Part shown: positions 1 through 9,034 of the stretch, one piece after another
Layout of the letters: every line of letters begins with the position of its first letter
Position numbering within the stretch: the first letter of the stretch is position 1
Origin: Candidatus Chisholmbacteria bacterium RIFCSPHIGHO2_01_FULL_52_32
GTDB lineage: Bacteria; Patescibacteriota; Microgenomatia; UBA1400; Chisholmbacteraceae
DNA length: 64,000 nt
Assembly: GCA_001816585.1 (NCBI GenBank)
Contig: MHCJ01000003.1
Span: forward strand, 348,228-412,227
Reading direction: 5' to 3'
Made by a program: the position numbers and the translations under genes
The notes under the pieces: generated by a model
The model's database searches: none
Seen by the model: the letters and a program-made list of their open reading frames with translations, nothing else
What the model was told of the DNA's origin: nothing

Positions 1-943
1 TCTGTTCGATGATTCCTTTGAGAATCCACCAATCTTTCAATTTGCCCTCGAGCTCCAGATGAAATTGTGCTTCCTCGTTTGCAGCTGTTACTCCCAGCCT
101 TGGATCCCTCGAAACAAGAATCGGTGTACGTACTTTTGGCTCGGAAAGATCCGCAAACAAGAGCTGAGCCGCTATGTGACGACGACGCACCTCTGGAGGG
201 CAGCCTTTGAGGCTGACAACCAGTGGAAAGCCGGTGAATATGCCTTTGTCCACCACCCGGTTGGAAAAGCGTGTGACGAGGTATGAAAACGCCTGGGTAT
301 CCGCAGGGAGATCGGGATCCACGGTCGGCTGGAGTTCATGAAGATCCTTTGCGTCGTCAACAATGAGATCCGGCAATCCGGAGATTGCCAGAACCTTCAA
401 CGGGCCGGTTGGCTCTTTCTTGGTCAGTGCATGGAACATCAGATGTGCTAAGTGTTGATCAACACCCTCTGCCTGCAATGGACCCTCTGCCATAGGCTGA
501 AGGTCTACCAATAGAGATCGAAACTGCTTGCTTTGAGCAAACATGCGGGGAATGAGATCTTCCGGACGGGGCATCACTCTTGTTTTGTAAATCCTCTCTG
601 AAACGATTGCCCCTCTTGCCAGAGCCTCCGCTTTGGACTTGCCGGGTTCAAACGAATAGGTGTACACACCGTTGATATTGAGACCCTCAGGATAGTACCC
701 AAGTCTTTTCCCTAACTCAAATTGGGTGTCCGCACTAACTCGTGCGGCGGCGGCAAGGTACGGGGTCCAATTTTGTTTGTCGAGGACCGTAGGAAATTTT
801 GACTTTGAATCTGAAATACGCCCTATGACGGCGTGCATTTCAAGTGAGGGAAGGGTCACAGCATTCAGCGCTCTCTTCGCCTCAGTCTGGGTTTGGACCT
901 CACTGGTTTCTGATGGTGTTGGACTCTCTGGACTGTTCGCCAT
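1..943 (-). CDS. Hypothetical protein, >314 aa, runs off the window (not in ORF track)
   Basis: Manual translation from ATG 943 (MANSPESPTPSETSEVQTQTEAKRAL...) is open to position 1; GAAGGA SD and TATAAT upstream; no motif recognised. Confidence 0.75.
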   Translation of the reverse strand, partial: MANSPESPTPSETSEVQTQTEAKRALNAVTLPSLEMHAVIGRISDSKSKFPTVLDKQNWTPYLAAAARVSADTQFELGKRLGYYPEGLNINGVYTYSFEPGKSKAEALARGAIVSERIYKTRVMPRPEDLIPRMFAQSKQFRSLLVDLQPMAEGPLQAEGVDQHLAHLMFHALTKKEPTGPLKVLAISGLPDLIVDDAKDLHELQPTVDPDLPADTQAFSYLVTRFSNRVVDKGIFTGFPLVVSLKGCPPEVRRRHIAAQLLFADLSEPKVRTPILVSRDPRLGVTAANEEAQFHLELEGKLKDWWILKGIIEQ

Positions 944-1021
944 GCTTCGATATTCCTTCGGGTACGGCATTATAACACCATTGCCGCTGTCTGTCTAGAA
1001 ACGAGCTAGAATCCCCACTTG

Positions 1022-1077
1022 GCTGATAGCAGATAGCAGTGGGCGAATAACAGATAGCTGATTGCAGATAGTGAAGA
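1022..1077 (+). repeat. Degenerate heptamer array (GCWGATA-like x8)
   Basis: gctgata gcagata gcagtgg gcgaata acagata gctgatt gcagata gtgaaga. Confidence 0.7.
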
Positions 1078-1116
1078 CCGGAAGCTGGGGATTTGGAGAG
1101 TTTTGATAAAGGAAAG

Positions 1117-1188
1117 TGGGTGCTGCTGGATTCGAACCGGCGACCTGTCCGATGTGAACGGACCGCTCTGCCGCTGAGCTAAGCACCC
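1117..1188 (-). tRNA. tRNA-Val(CAC), no encoded CCA
   Basis: GGGTGCT/AGCACCC acceptor stem, GCTC/GAGC D-arm, GTCCG-TTCACAT-CGGAC anticodon arm, GGTTCGAATCC T-arm. Confidence 0.95.
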
Positions 1189-1427
1189 AAAATGAGTTCT
1201 TCTAGGATCCTACGGCTTTTTTGACGTTTGAGCTGATATTCAGTTTGTCTTGCTTCTTTTAAATGTTGGAATTCCCGATGGTAAACCAGTCTCCATGGTC
1301 TCGTAAGGCTGGTATATTTTACCAAACCTAGATTGTGTTCTCGCAATCTCCTTGTAAGATTATTTGTCGAACCGATATAGTATCTAAGGTTCTTCTGGCT
1401 TTGGATGATATAGAGATAACCCTTCAT
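1179..1427 (-). CDS. Stand-alone GIY-YIG nuclease (UPF0213/Slx1-like), 82 aa
   Basis: YLYII...YYIGST..L.RRL.EHN.G...YT...RPW.LVY.....A...E..LK motif pattern; start taken at ATG 1427. Confidence 0.9.
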   Translation of the reverse strand: MKGYLYIIQSQKNLRYYIGSTNNLTRRLREHNLGLVKYTSLTRPWRLVYHREFQHLKEARQTEYQLKRQKSRRILEELILGA

Positions 1428-1481
1428 CAAACCATGACCTGTCCGATGCATCGGACCGCTCTACCACTGAGCTACGCGAGC
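1428..1481 (-). pseudogene. Truncated tRNA (probably Val): 5' three-quarters only
   Basis: GCTCGCG TA GCTCAGTGGTAGAGC G GTCCG ATGCAT CGGAC AGGTC ATGG TTTG; anticodon stem and variable region identical to the neighbouring tRNA-Val; 6-nt loop; no 3' acceptor strand. Confidence 0.8.
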
Positions 1482-1507
1482 ATTTCTTTTTAGGCCGATC
1501 CGGTGCT

Positions 1508-1516
1508 ATTATATCA
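1508..1516 (-). promoter_or_regulatory. Extended -10 promoter for the tRNA remnant/GIY-YIG/tRNA unit
   Basis: TGaTATAAT about 27 nt upstream of the tRNA remnant. Confidence 0.55.
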
Positions 1517-1556
1517 ACCCTTGTCAGATCACGGAAGGTATCGCATAATCACTCCT

Positions 1557-2144
1557 ATGCACCGTTTAGGGAGATTGTTTCGGATCATCGTCCAGTTTTT
1601 CCTGGATATCGTTGAGACCGTTGTGGTCGGCCTCGCGATGTTTGTGGTCATCTATCTGTTTCTGGTCCAGCCGCACCAGGTGAACGGAAATTCCATGTGG
1701 CCTAATTTCTTGGACGGGGAATACCTGTTAACGGATAAATTTTCCTATCGTCTGCGGGAACCAAAGCGAGGGGATGTCATTATCTTTCTCGCACCTTCCG
1801 GAGCACGCTGTCCCCAGGAGCTTCACTGTGATTTCGTAAAACGGATCATCGGTTTACCTGCGGAACGAGTCGTCATCACAGAGGGAAAGATCTTTATCAA
1901 TGGTACACAACTAACTGAGTCCTATATTCCCAGTGATCCCGGTTTTTTCACCGCCACAACCAATAATTCCTTGGATGTCGTTCTCGGTCCTGAGGACTAC
2001 TTCGTGCTTGGCGATAATCGCGGCCACTCCAGCGATTCCCGCGCTTGGGGTACAGTCCCCCGGGACAATATCGTCGGCCGGGCTTGGTTTCGATATTGGC
2101 CTCCGAAGCGGGTGGGTTTTATTGCTGATGCAGCGTACAGATAG
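1557..2144 (+). CDS. lepB: Signal peptidase I
   Basis: GNSMWPNF catalytic Ser box, FVKRIIG Lys box, LGDNR..SSDSR.WG; N-terminal TM helix; ATG 1557 preferred. Confidence 0.95.
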   Translation: MHRLGRLFRIIVQFFLDIVETVVVGLAMFVVIYLFLVQPHQVNGNSMWPNFLDGEYLLTDKFSYRLREPKRGDVIIFLAPSGARCPQELHCDFVKRIIGLPAERVVITEGKIFINGTQLTESYIPSDPGFFTATTNNSLDVVLGPEDYFVLGDNRGHSSDSRAWGTVPRDNIVGRAWFRYWPPKRVGFIADAAYR

Positions 2145-2149
2145 GAAAG

Positions 2150-2204
<55 letters not shown>

Positions 2205-2206
<2 letters not shown>

Positions 2207-3020
2207 AGGAAGTGATGGCGCGGTAGATTTTCTGGAGTTGAGCTTCTGTTTCTTCCGGTGAGCCTTTGATAACGACACTCAGTTTGGTTTCAACACGTGA
2301 CCGCTTTAAGGAAATCTTCGTATTTTCTCCCAGCGCTTTTGTCAAGGCTTCCTGCATCCTGTCGATCTTGTCGCTGACGATAAGTTGTTCATCCATCCTT
2401 TTTCTCCGGTGACCCTGTTTCATCCTTCGGGCAAGCTCCTCGGCTCTCCTCACCGAACCTGCCTCGTGAAGGATGATTTTATACGCCTCCGTCATCACCC
2501 GTTCCTCTTGGATCGCCGCCAGGGCCCTGGCGTGCCCTTCCGTGATCATTGCCGAGAGCAAACCGTCCTTGAGGGCATCGGGAAGGGTGAGCAGTCGAAG
2601 AGAATTGGAGACAAACGCAGCGCTTTTGCCGACCCGTTTGGCTATTTCACCGGTTGTGAGATCAAACTCAGCAATGAGGCGTTGGAACGCCTTGCCCCGT
2701 TCGATCGGATTTAAATCCGTGCGCTGCACATTTTCAACCAGGGCCATTTCTAACATGCCTCTGGGCGTGGTTTCCTTGATAAGAACAGGTACCTCTTTTA
2801 AACCGGCGATTTTTGCGGCTCTCCAGCGGCGCTCTCCGGCGATAATTTGGTATCCTGCCGGGGTATGGGCAACCACCAACGGCTCGAGCACCCCGTGTTC
2901 TCTTACCGACTCCACAAGATCTTCCAAGGTGTCGGGAGTAATCGATCCTCTCGGCTGGAGCGGGTTGGGCTCGAGTTGATCGATCGGGAGCTCTGAAGGC
3001 TTTTTCGTATCTTCTGCCAT
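2205..3020 (-). CDS. parB: ParB/Spo0J partitioning protein
   Basis: PNPLQPR, IIAGERRWRAA, ALVENVQR.DL, HTH, ITEGHARALA; start at MAEDTK. Confidence 0.93.
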
Positions 3021-3021
3021 C

Positions 3022-3270
3022 TTAGCTTTCCACGGAAACCGTCTGTTTCCCAAGCTTCGTTTTAAAGACCACTCTTCCCTCCTTCATTGCGTAGAGCGTG
3101 TGGTCCCTGCCCATCCCAACCCCTCTTGCGGGATGAAAGACGCTACCCCGCTGACGGACAATGATTGCGCCGCTTTTCACCGATTGTCCGCCGAAGATTT
3201 TCACCCCTAACCGTTTTCCTGGTCTGGTCGTATGCTGGGCGGTTTTTCCTGCCTGTTTGGTTTTCGCCAT
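3022..3270 (-). CDS. rpmA: 50S ribosomal protein L27
   Basis: GKRLGVKIFGGQ.V..G.IIVRQRG...H....VGMGRDHTLYA. Confidence 0.97.
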   Translation of the reverse strand: MAKTKQAGKTAQHTTRPGKRLGVKIFGGQSVKSGAIIVRQRGSVFHPARGVGMGRDHTLYAMKEGRVVFKTKLGKQTVSVES

Positions 3271-3282
3271 GTCTTTTCCCTC

Positions 3283-4440
3283 TTACGTCAACTCAAGTAC
3301 GTAAATCAATCGTCTGACCACCGCATCTTCCCGTTCGTAATCGAGTGGTCCAGCGACGAGAGTATAGCCAAGGTTTTCACGCCTGTCAATGATAAGATCG
3401 GCTGCTTCGACGAGTTCTCCCATGTGTATTTCGGGAATCACCAGAACCAGCCGGCCTCCTTTCTTCAGACATTTCTTCCAATTTTTAACCGCTCCCAGAT
3501 ACAATTTGTTGAGTCCTTTGATGAGGTTCTTCACCTTTTTTTCGATCAAATTGGGGGGGCCCAAGAACGGCTCCGTGACAATCGCATCCACCTTCAAATC
3601 AATCGCTTGTGCCATTTTCGTCGCATCCGACTGTACCACTTTCCAGTTTGCCTTTTTCCCTGTCTCACGGGCAAGCCAGGTGAGGTTTTTTTTGGTCCCT
3701 TCGACTTGCTCTTTGTTTTGATCGCCGTTTATCGTGTTTATATCGAGCATCATGGCTTCCATCGCAATCGTCCCGGTGCCGCAAAAAGGATCAAGTATTA
3801 GGCTGTCTTTCGAAGGGGGGCGCGGAAACGCGAGGTTGACCATCTGTCGGGCGATTTTCGGCGGTAACATGCCCGACCTTGGATTCACGTAGGGCCGTTG
3901 ATAGTCACGTTTGGCAAAACCTTCGAAGTCCTGGACGGTACACGTTTTTGCAATCTCAACTTCAGCGTCCGTCCAAATCAGATATAACTCCGTTACCCCT
4001 CCGAGAGCTACCTGGGCACTGGTTAATTCATCACTCTTGGTCGGCAAGACGTATCTTGAAACAATACCCTCGCTCGTTAGCCTGTCTTTGAGCTCACGCG
4101 GGATGAGGAAGCGTTGGTTCGGATGGGGATTTCCAACAATAGAGATCCCGAAGGTCAATTTCGGTTTGCCGATGGCTTCGTTCCGAAGCACCCTAGTTAG
4201 TTTCTCCATGAAATCCCGCGTCGTTGCTCTGCCTCCCAGGATGCCGATTTTTATCGTGCCGCCGAGTACCTGTTGGAGTAGATTGGGATCAAATTCTTGT
4301 TTCGTTCGGACGAGAACCGTGTGATGAAGGCGGATGAAACTCGGTGACTGTTTGGCTGGTCGTGTTCGCCGAAGAACCGTTTGAAGCTCAATATAGGCAA
4401 GTTCCGTCTTTCTCCCGAGAATTACGAGGTAGCGCTTCAT
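3283..4440 (-). CDS. Putative RNA methyltransferase, Trm11/TrmG10-like
   Basis: GMLPPKIARQMVNL, ILDPFCGTGTI SAM motif, IVTEPFLG motif IV; N-terminal region possibly THUMP-like. Confidence 0.75.
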   Translation of the reverse strand: MKRYLVILGRKTELAYIELQTVLRRTRPAKQSPSFIRLHHTVLVRTKQEFDPNLLQQVLGGTIKIGILGGRATTRDFMEKLTRVLRNEAIGKPKLTFGISIVGNPHPNQRFLIPRELKDRLTSEGIVSRYVLPTKSDELTSAQVALGGVTELYLIWTDAEVEIAKTCTVQDFEGFAKRDYQRPYVNPRSGMLPPKIARQMVNLAFPRPPSKDSLILDPFCGTGTIAMEAMMLDINTINGDQNKEQVEGTKKNLTWLARETGKKANWKVVQSDATKMAQAIDLKVDAIVTEPFLGPPNLIEKKVKNLIKGLNKLYLGAVKNWKKCLKKGGRLVLVIPEIHMGELVEAADLIIDRRENLGYTLVAGPLDYEREDAVVRRLIYVLELT

Positions 4441-4778
4441 GCCTTTGTCGAACGTTTGCGCGTCTTGTCCGCAAATGCTTCGATCTTCACCAATGTGAGT
4501 TGCTGCCGATGTCCGCGGACCTTTCTGTATCTCGATTTGGCTTTGTAAACCGCGACTCGAATTTTCTTCCCTTTGGTTTGCCTGGTGATCCTGCCTGCCA
4601 CGCTCGTCTTTCCCAAGGTCGGTTGCCCAATCTGTCTTGTCTCGCCATCAACCAGAAGGAGGACTTCATCGAATGTTACCTTGTCTCCTTCTTTTCCCTC
4701 AATTCTATCGATGAGGATTTCTTGATCTTCCTCTACCTTGTATTGTTTCCCGCCGGTTACAACGATTGCGTATTTCAT
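4437..4778 (-). CDS. rplU: 50S ribosomal protein L21
   Basis: YAIVVTGGKQYKV...KAKSRYRKVRGHRQQLT. Confidence 0.97.
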   Translation of the reverse strand: MKYAIVVTGGKQYKVEEDQEILIDRIEGKEGDKVTFDEVLLLVDGETRQIGQPTLGKTSVAGRITRQTKGKKIRVAVYKAKSRYRKVRGHRQQLTLVKIEAFADKTRKRSTKA

Positions 4779-4783
4779 ATGAA

Positions 4784-4917
4784 ATAGGGTTTAAGGTAAA
4801 AAAGTTTAAAGTGTAAAGTGTAAAGTTAAAAGTTGCAGTTTAAAGTTACAAGTTAGGAGAGAAACTTTTAATTTTGAAATTTATTTTTGAACTTTTACTT
4901 TTGAATTTTTAACTATA
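4784..4917. repeat. AT-rich heptamer array with two inverted arms in the rplU leader
   Basis: Left arm aaagttt/aaagtgt/aaagtgt/aaagtta/aaagttg; right arm aactttt/gaacttt/tactttt/gaatttt-type reverse complements. Confidence 0.75.
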
Positions 4918-4963
4918 GACTTCTCCTCCTTCCTCCTTAAGGTGGTAATTATACCGCTTTCCC

Positions 4964-6037
4964 CTAGTGGATTTCAATCGACACCTCGGGTTTTATCCGT
5001 CTTCCTACCGATTGGACAAGTCCGAGACTGACTGCCGTTGCAATGAGGGAGCTTCCACCAGAAGAAATGAGGGGTAAAGTGATCCCTGTTATCGGTATAA
5101 GGCCGACATTCATCCCGATGTTCACCGCCACCTGAAAGGTAATCATCGTAAACACACCCACGGTGATGAGGCTGCCGAACAAATCGGGGCTGCTTTTGGC
5201 GATTTTTATCAGACGCATCAAGAGCGCCAGATAACAGAACAGCACAATCGCCGCCCCAATGAATCCCAGTTCCTCCGCCAGGGCTGCAAAGATAAAATCG
5301 CTGTGTCGCTCGGGTAAAAATCGGAGTTGTGATTGGGTTCCGTGTCCCAAGCCGCGACCGAACAGTTGCCCCGATCCTACGGCAATCACAGACTGGATCA
5401 CGCTGTACCCACTTCCGAGAGGATCGGAGTAGGGATCGATAAATGAAGAGAGGCGCTCCCTCTGATACGGAGCCAGAAGTTTCAAAAAACCGGGAAGCAG
5501 AAGCACCGCTCCGCCAAGAAGCATGCCCAGGAACCGGAGAGATACTCCCCTTCCTATGGCTATCATAATTCCGACTGCCCCGAGAACCAATGCGCTCCCC
5601 AGGTCCGGCTGTTTCAGCACCAGCAGGAGCGGAATCACCAGTAAGGCTATATACCCCAGGAGCAGTTTGGTTTGACGAAGATCGAAGCGTTCTGCGAAGT
5701 AGGCCAGCGTGAGGATCATCAGCGGCTTTGCCAGCTCCGAAGCCTGGATCGTCAGAGGACCGATGGCGATCCAACGGATCGACCCGCGGGTTACCTGGCC
5801 GAAGATAAAGGTTGTGATTAAAAAAAGGAGCGCTGTTACATAGAATGCCGGCGAAAATATCCGCAGCATTCGGTAATCGACGGAGGAGACCAGCACAAAC
5901 GTCAGGAGTGCAATTGCGATGTAGAACCCGTGCTGAGGAAATTCTTGAGGGACGAGGCTTTGCAACACCGCCAGCGAAAAAGTGAGGAGGATGACAATCG
6001 GAGCCACAATCCAGAGGTCGAATAACCCTTTTTGCAT
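4964..6037 (-). CDS. rodA: SEDS glycosyltransferase RodA
   Basis: IQASELAK, KQPDLGSA, YQRERL..F.DP..DPLGSGY...QS.IAVGSG, FLPERHSDFIF. Confidence 0.9.
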   Translation of the reverse strand: MQKGLFDLWIVAPIVILLTFSLAVLQSLVPQEFPQHGFYIAIALLTFVLVSSVDYRMLRIFSPAFYVTALLFLITTFIFGQVTRGSIRWIAIGPLTIQASELAKPLMILTLAYFAERFDLRQTKLLLGYIALLVIPLLLVLKQPDLGSALVLGAVGIMIAIGRGVSLRFLGMLLGGAVLLLPGFLKLLAPYQRERLSSFIDPYSDPLGSGYSVIQSVIAVGSGQLFGRGLGHGTQSQLRFLPERHSDFIFAALAEELGFIGAAIVLFCYLALLMRLIKIAKSSPDLFGSLITVGVFTMITFQVAVNIGMNVGLIPITGITLPLISSGGSSLIATAVSLGLVQSVGRRIKPEVSIEIH

Positions 6038-6052
6038 CGTTTATATCCGTCC

Positions 6053-9016
6053 CTATTTAGCCGGTTTTCTTTCGTGCACCGGTTTAACCGCAAAGGCTTC
6101 CCCAAACTGAATCTTACGTGCCTGGGTTCTTTGTCTTACCTCGGTCTCGAAACGCTTCGGTAAATGGAACGGAATGGTCACGATTACTTTTTGGTTTCGG
6201 CTCGTTTGCAATCGTTTTCGCTCCTCTTGGATGCGCCGGATGAGTTCCCGCATTTCTCCTTCTTCGATCAGTTCCCTGGTTAACTTCGTATCTAAACGAA
6301 CGGCAAGCTCACCTTCTTCCTTCAGTACGATTGATTTGATGTTGAGTTCCTGTGACAGCAGGCTTACCAAACTCCGGTCAAACCGTTCTTTACATCCGCC
6401 TACCACTGCCTTGGCCAGGGGTTGACGTACCTTGATACCTGCATCTTTGCGTTCCCGATGACCCAGCTCGGCGATTTGGCGAAGAGAGGTCATTTTGCGT
6501 TCAAGTACCCTGTCGATTCTCTGCTTCTCTGCTTTTGGCCAATCCGCCAGATGGACGGACGGTTCCCCTGTCAGCTTGGTATAGATGATATCGGATAGGA
6601 ATGGCAAAAACGGTGCACACAGCTTGGCAAGATTCTCGAGTACTTCAGTGGCGGTCCAATAAAACGCTTCCTTCTGGGCTTTGCTGACTTGTGTGAAACC
6701 GACACGCTCCCGGCTACGGCGGATGTACCAGGTAGAGAAATCGTCAACTAAATCTTCGATCGCTTGGGAAGATTCAAAGGCATCGTAGTCCTCGAGAAAC
6801 CGGGTTACTTGGGTAATGGTAGTGTGGGTCCTTGAGAGTATCCAGCGGTCAAGTACACCGAGGACTTTGGGCTCGTTGCGGCCGGGTTTGTCAAGGCTGA
6901 GGTTGTTGATGACAAACCGGAATGAATTCCAAAGGATCAGATGGAACTGGCGGCGTACGTTTGCCGCGGCAGTGTATCCGAACAGCAGATTGAACTTTGG
7001 ATCCTGGCGGACATACATCCATCGCATGACATCAACCCCGATTTTATCCGCTCCCTCATTGAACTCCACGCTGTTCCCCCAGCTTTTATGCATGGGCCGG
7101 CCATCTTCTCCGAGCAGGGTCGCGAATCCGAGAACGGTATCTGCCGGCCGCTCGCCCTCAAGAACCGTGCTCATTGCGATGAGCGAATAGAACCAATTCT
7201 TGAATTGACCGGGAAAGCTTTCGGTGATGAGGTCAGCGGGGAACCATCGCCTCCACTCTCTCTTATCCGCCCAATAGAGCGGGGCTGACCGGTTGTCCTT
7301 TGCAATTGTGGAAAATGGGACAATACCGGCATCGAGCCAAGGGTTTCCCACGTCAGGAATTCTTTCCATGAGCGCACCACAGTTGTGACAATCAATCCTG
7401 ACTTCGTCCACCCAAGGCCGATGGGGGGAATGGCCTTTAAATTGATCCCATCCTTCCCTCGCTCTTTGCTTCAACTCCTCCTTACCGCCGACCACCTCAA
7501 AATTTCCGCACCTCCCACATTCCCAGATCGGGAGGGCAAGACCCCAATATCGCTTCTTTGAGATTAACCAATCCTGCATATTCTTGATCCAATCCAGCTC
7601 TCGTTTGAGACCAAAAGAGGGAATCCAGCGCATGGAACGGACCACCTTTCGCATAGGGCTGCGGAGGGGATCCATTTTAATGTACCACTCCGAAACCACC
7701 CGCCAGACCAGTTCGGTTTTACAGCGCCAACAGGCGGGGTAGCGGTGGGTGATCTTGGCGGTTTTGTGGAAAAACCTCCCCCCGTCCCGTGCCTTGACAA
7801 AATCGATCACGATCTGCGGATGTTTTTTGGCGTTCTCTCCCGAAAACTCTCCCATTCCCTCAAGATACGTCGCCGTTTCATCGATAACCTCGATGACGGA
7901 AAGTCCCTTGTCTTTTCCGAGTCGGAAATCCTCCTGCCCGGCGCCGGGAGCAACATGGAGAAGTCCGGTGCCTTTGTTTGCCATGACGAGCTCTTTGGCT
8001 TCGACGACCGTATGGAAGGTGGTCGGGCTTTCCTGCTTTGCCTCTTTTACCCTGGGTAAGTCATCGAACGGCCCTTCGTAGCGAAGTCCCACAAGCGATG
8101 TTCCCGGATGATCTTTGACTTTTTTGAAGCTTCCCGACTCGAAGACCCCTCGGATGAAGGACTCAAAATCCTCCTGCCCTTCAATCTGGTCTTCGCGAAC
8201 AACGATGATTGACTCGCCGCTTTGTTCGTTTTTCCACTCTCTGTAGGTGTACGCTGGATTTATCGCCACCGCGACGTTTGCGGGAATCGTCCACGGAGTG
8301 GTAGTCCAGACTAAAAGGCCGGTTTCTGTTCCGACGACGGGAAGCTTGAAAAAGACGGTCTCGTGCGTCAGCTCTTTATAGTCTTCCGTCAGCATCTCAT
8401 GCTGTGATATTGCCGTCCCGCATCGCGGGCACCAAGGCACCGAATCCCGCCCTTTATAAATCAGTCCTTTCTCATGACACTTCTTGAGGAAATACCAGAT
8501 CATGTAGTTGTTTTCGTTTGCGAGAGTGAAGTAGGAATGATCCCAATCCATGAAATATCCCAGCCGTTTTGACTGCTCGGTTTGAATCCTGGCAAAACGG
8601 TCGACCCTGGCTTTGCACAGTTCGACAAACTTGGCGATTGAGGCTTTTTTATCTCCAGGAACCAGATTTTCGATATCCTGCTTTTGTTTGAGGCCGAGTT
8701 CCTTTTCAACCTCAACTTCCACCCACAATCCCTGGCAGTCAAAACCGTTCTGAAACCGTTGTTTGAACCCCTTCATATTGTAAAACCGCTGCCAGAGGTC
8801 TTTATAGGTTCTCCCCCAACCGTGGTGCACACCCATGGGGTTGTTCGCCGTAATTGGACCATCGATAAAGCTGAACCTTTTTTGAGATTTGTCGTTCCGA
8901 TGGAGATATCGGTTCACTATTCCGGATTTTCCCCAAGACCTCAGGAGCTCTTTTTCTTGGTTTGGAAAGTCGGGTATCGCCCCAACGGGCGAAGGAACGG
9001 TACCTTTTGGAGACAT
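6053..9016 (-). CDS. ileS: Isoleucyl-tRNA synthetase, type 2
   Basis: DGPITAN, GVHH signature, WTTTPWT, ISKKRYWG, MHKS, type-2-like C-terminus LDTKLT.ELIEEGEMRELIRRIQEERK. Confidence 0.95.
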   Translation of the reverse strand: MSPKGTVPSPVGAIPDFPNQEKELLRSWGKSGIVNRYLHRNDKSQKRFSFIDGPITANNPMGVHHGWGRTYKDLWQRFYNMKGFKQRFQNGFDCQGLWVEVEVEKELGLKQKQDIENLVPGDKKASIAKFVELCKARVDRFARIQTEQSKRLGYFMDWDHSYFTLANENNYMIWYFLKKCHEKGLIYKGRDSVPWCPRCGTAISQHEMLTEDYKELTHETVFFKLPVVGTETGLLVWTTTPWTIPANVAVAINPAYTYREWKNEQSGESIIVVREDQIEGQEDFESFIRGVFESGSFKKVKDHPGTSLVGLRYEGPFDDLPRVKEAKQESPTTFHTVVEAKELVMANKGTGLLHVAPGAGQEDFRLGKDKGLSVIEVIDETATYLEGMGEFSGENAKKHPQIVIDFVKARDGGRFFHKTAKITHRYPACWRCKTELVWRVVSEWYIKMDPLRSPMRKVVRSMRWIPSFGLKRELDWIKNMQDWLISKKRYWGLALPIWECGRCGNFEVVGGKEELKQRAREGWDQFKGHSPHRPWVDEVRIDCHNCGALMERIPDVGNPWLDAGIVPFSTIAKDNRSAPLYWADKREWRRWFPADLITESFPGQFKNWFYSLIAMSTVLEGERPADTVLGFATLLGEDGRPMHKSWGNSVEFNEGADKIGVDVMRWMYVRQDPKFNLLFGYTAAANVRRQFHLILWNSFRFVINNLSLDKPGRNEPKVLGVLDRWILSRTHTTITQVTRFLEDYDAFESSQAIEDLVDDFSTWYIRRSRERVGFTQVSKAQKEAFYWTATEVLENLAKLCAPFLPFLSDIIYTKLTGEPSVHLADWPKAEKQRIDRVLERKMTSLRQIAELGHRERKDAGIKVRQPLAKAVVGGCKERFDRSLVSLLSQELNIKSIVLKEEGELAVRLDTKLTRELIEEGEMRELIRRIQEERKRLQTSRNQKVIVTIPFHLPKRFETEVRQRTQARKIQFGEAFAVKPVHERKPAK

Positions 9017-9034
9017 ACGTTTGGGGGGGCTTTT

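Noticed and set aside
2284..2300. parS site inside parB
   Set aside because: Only the CACGTG core matches; the flanks are not palindromic.
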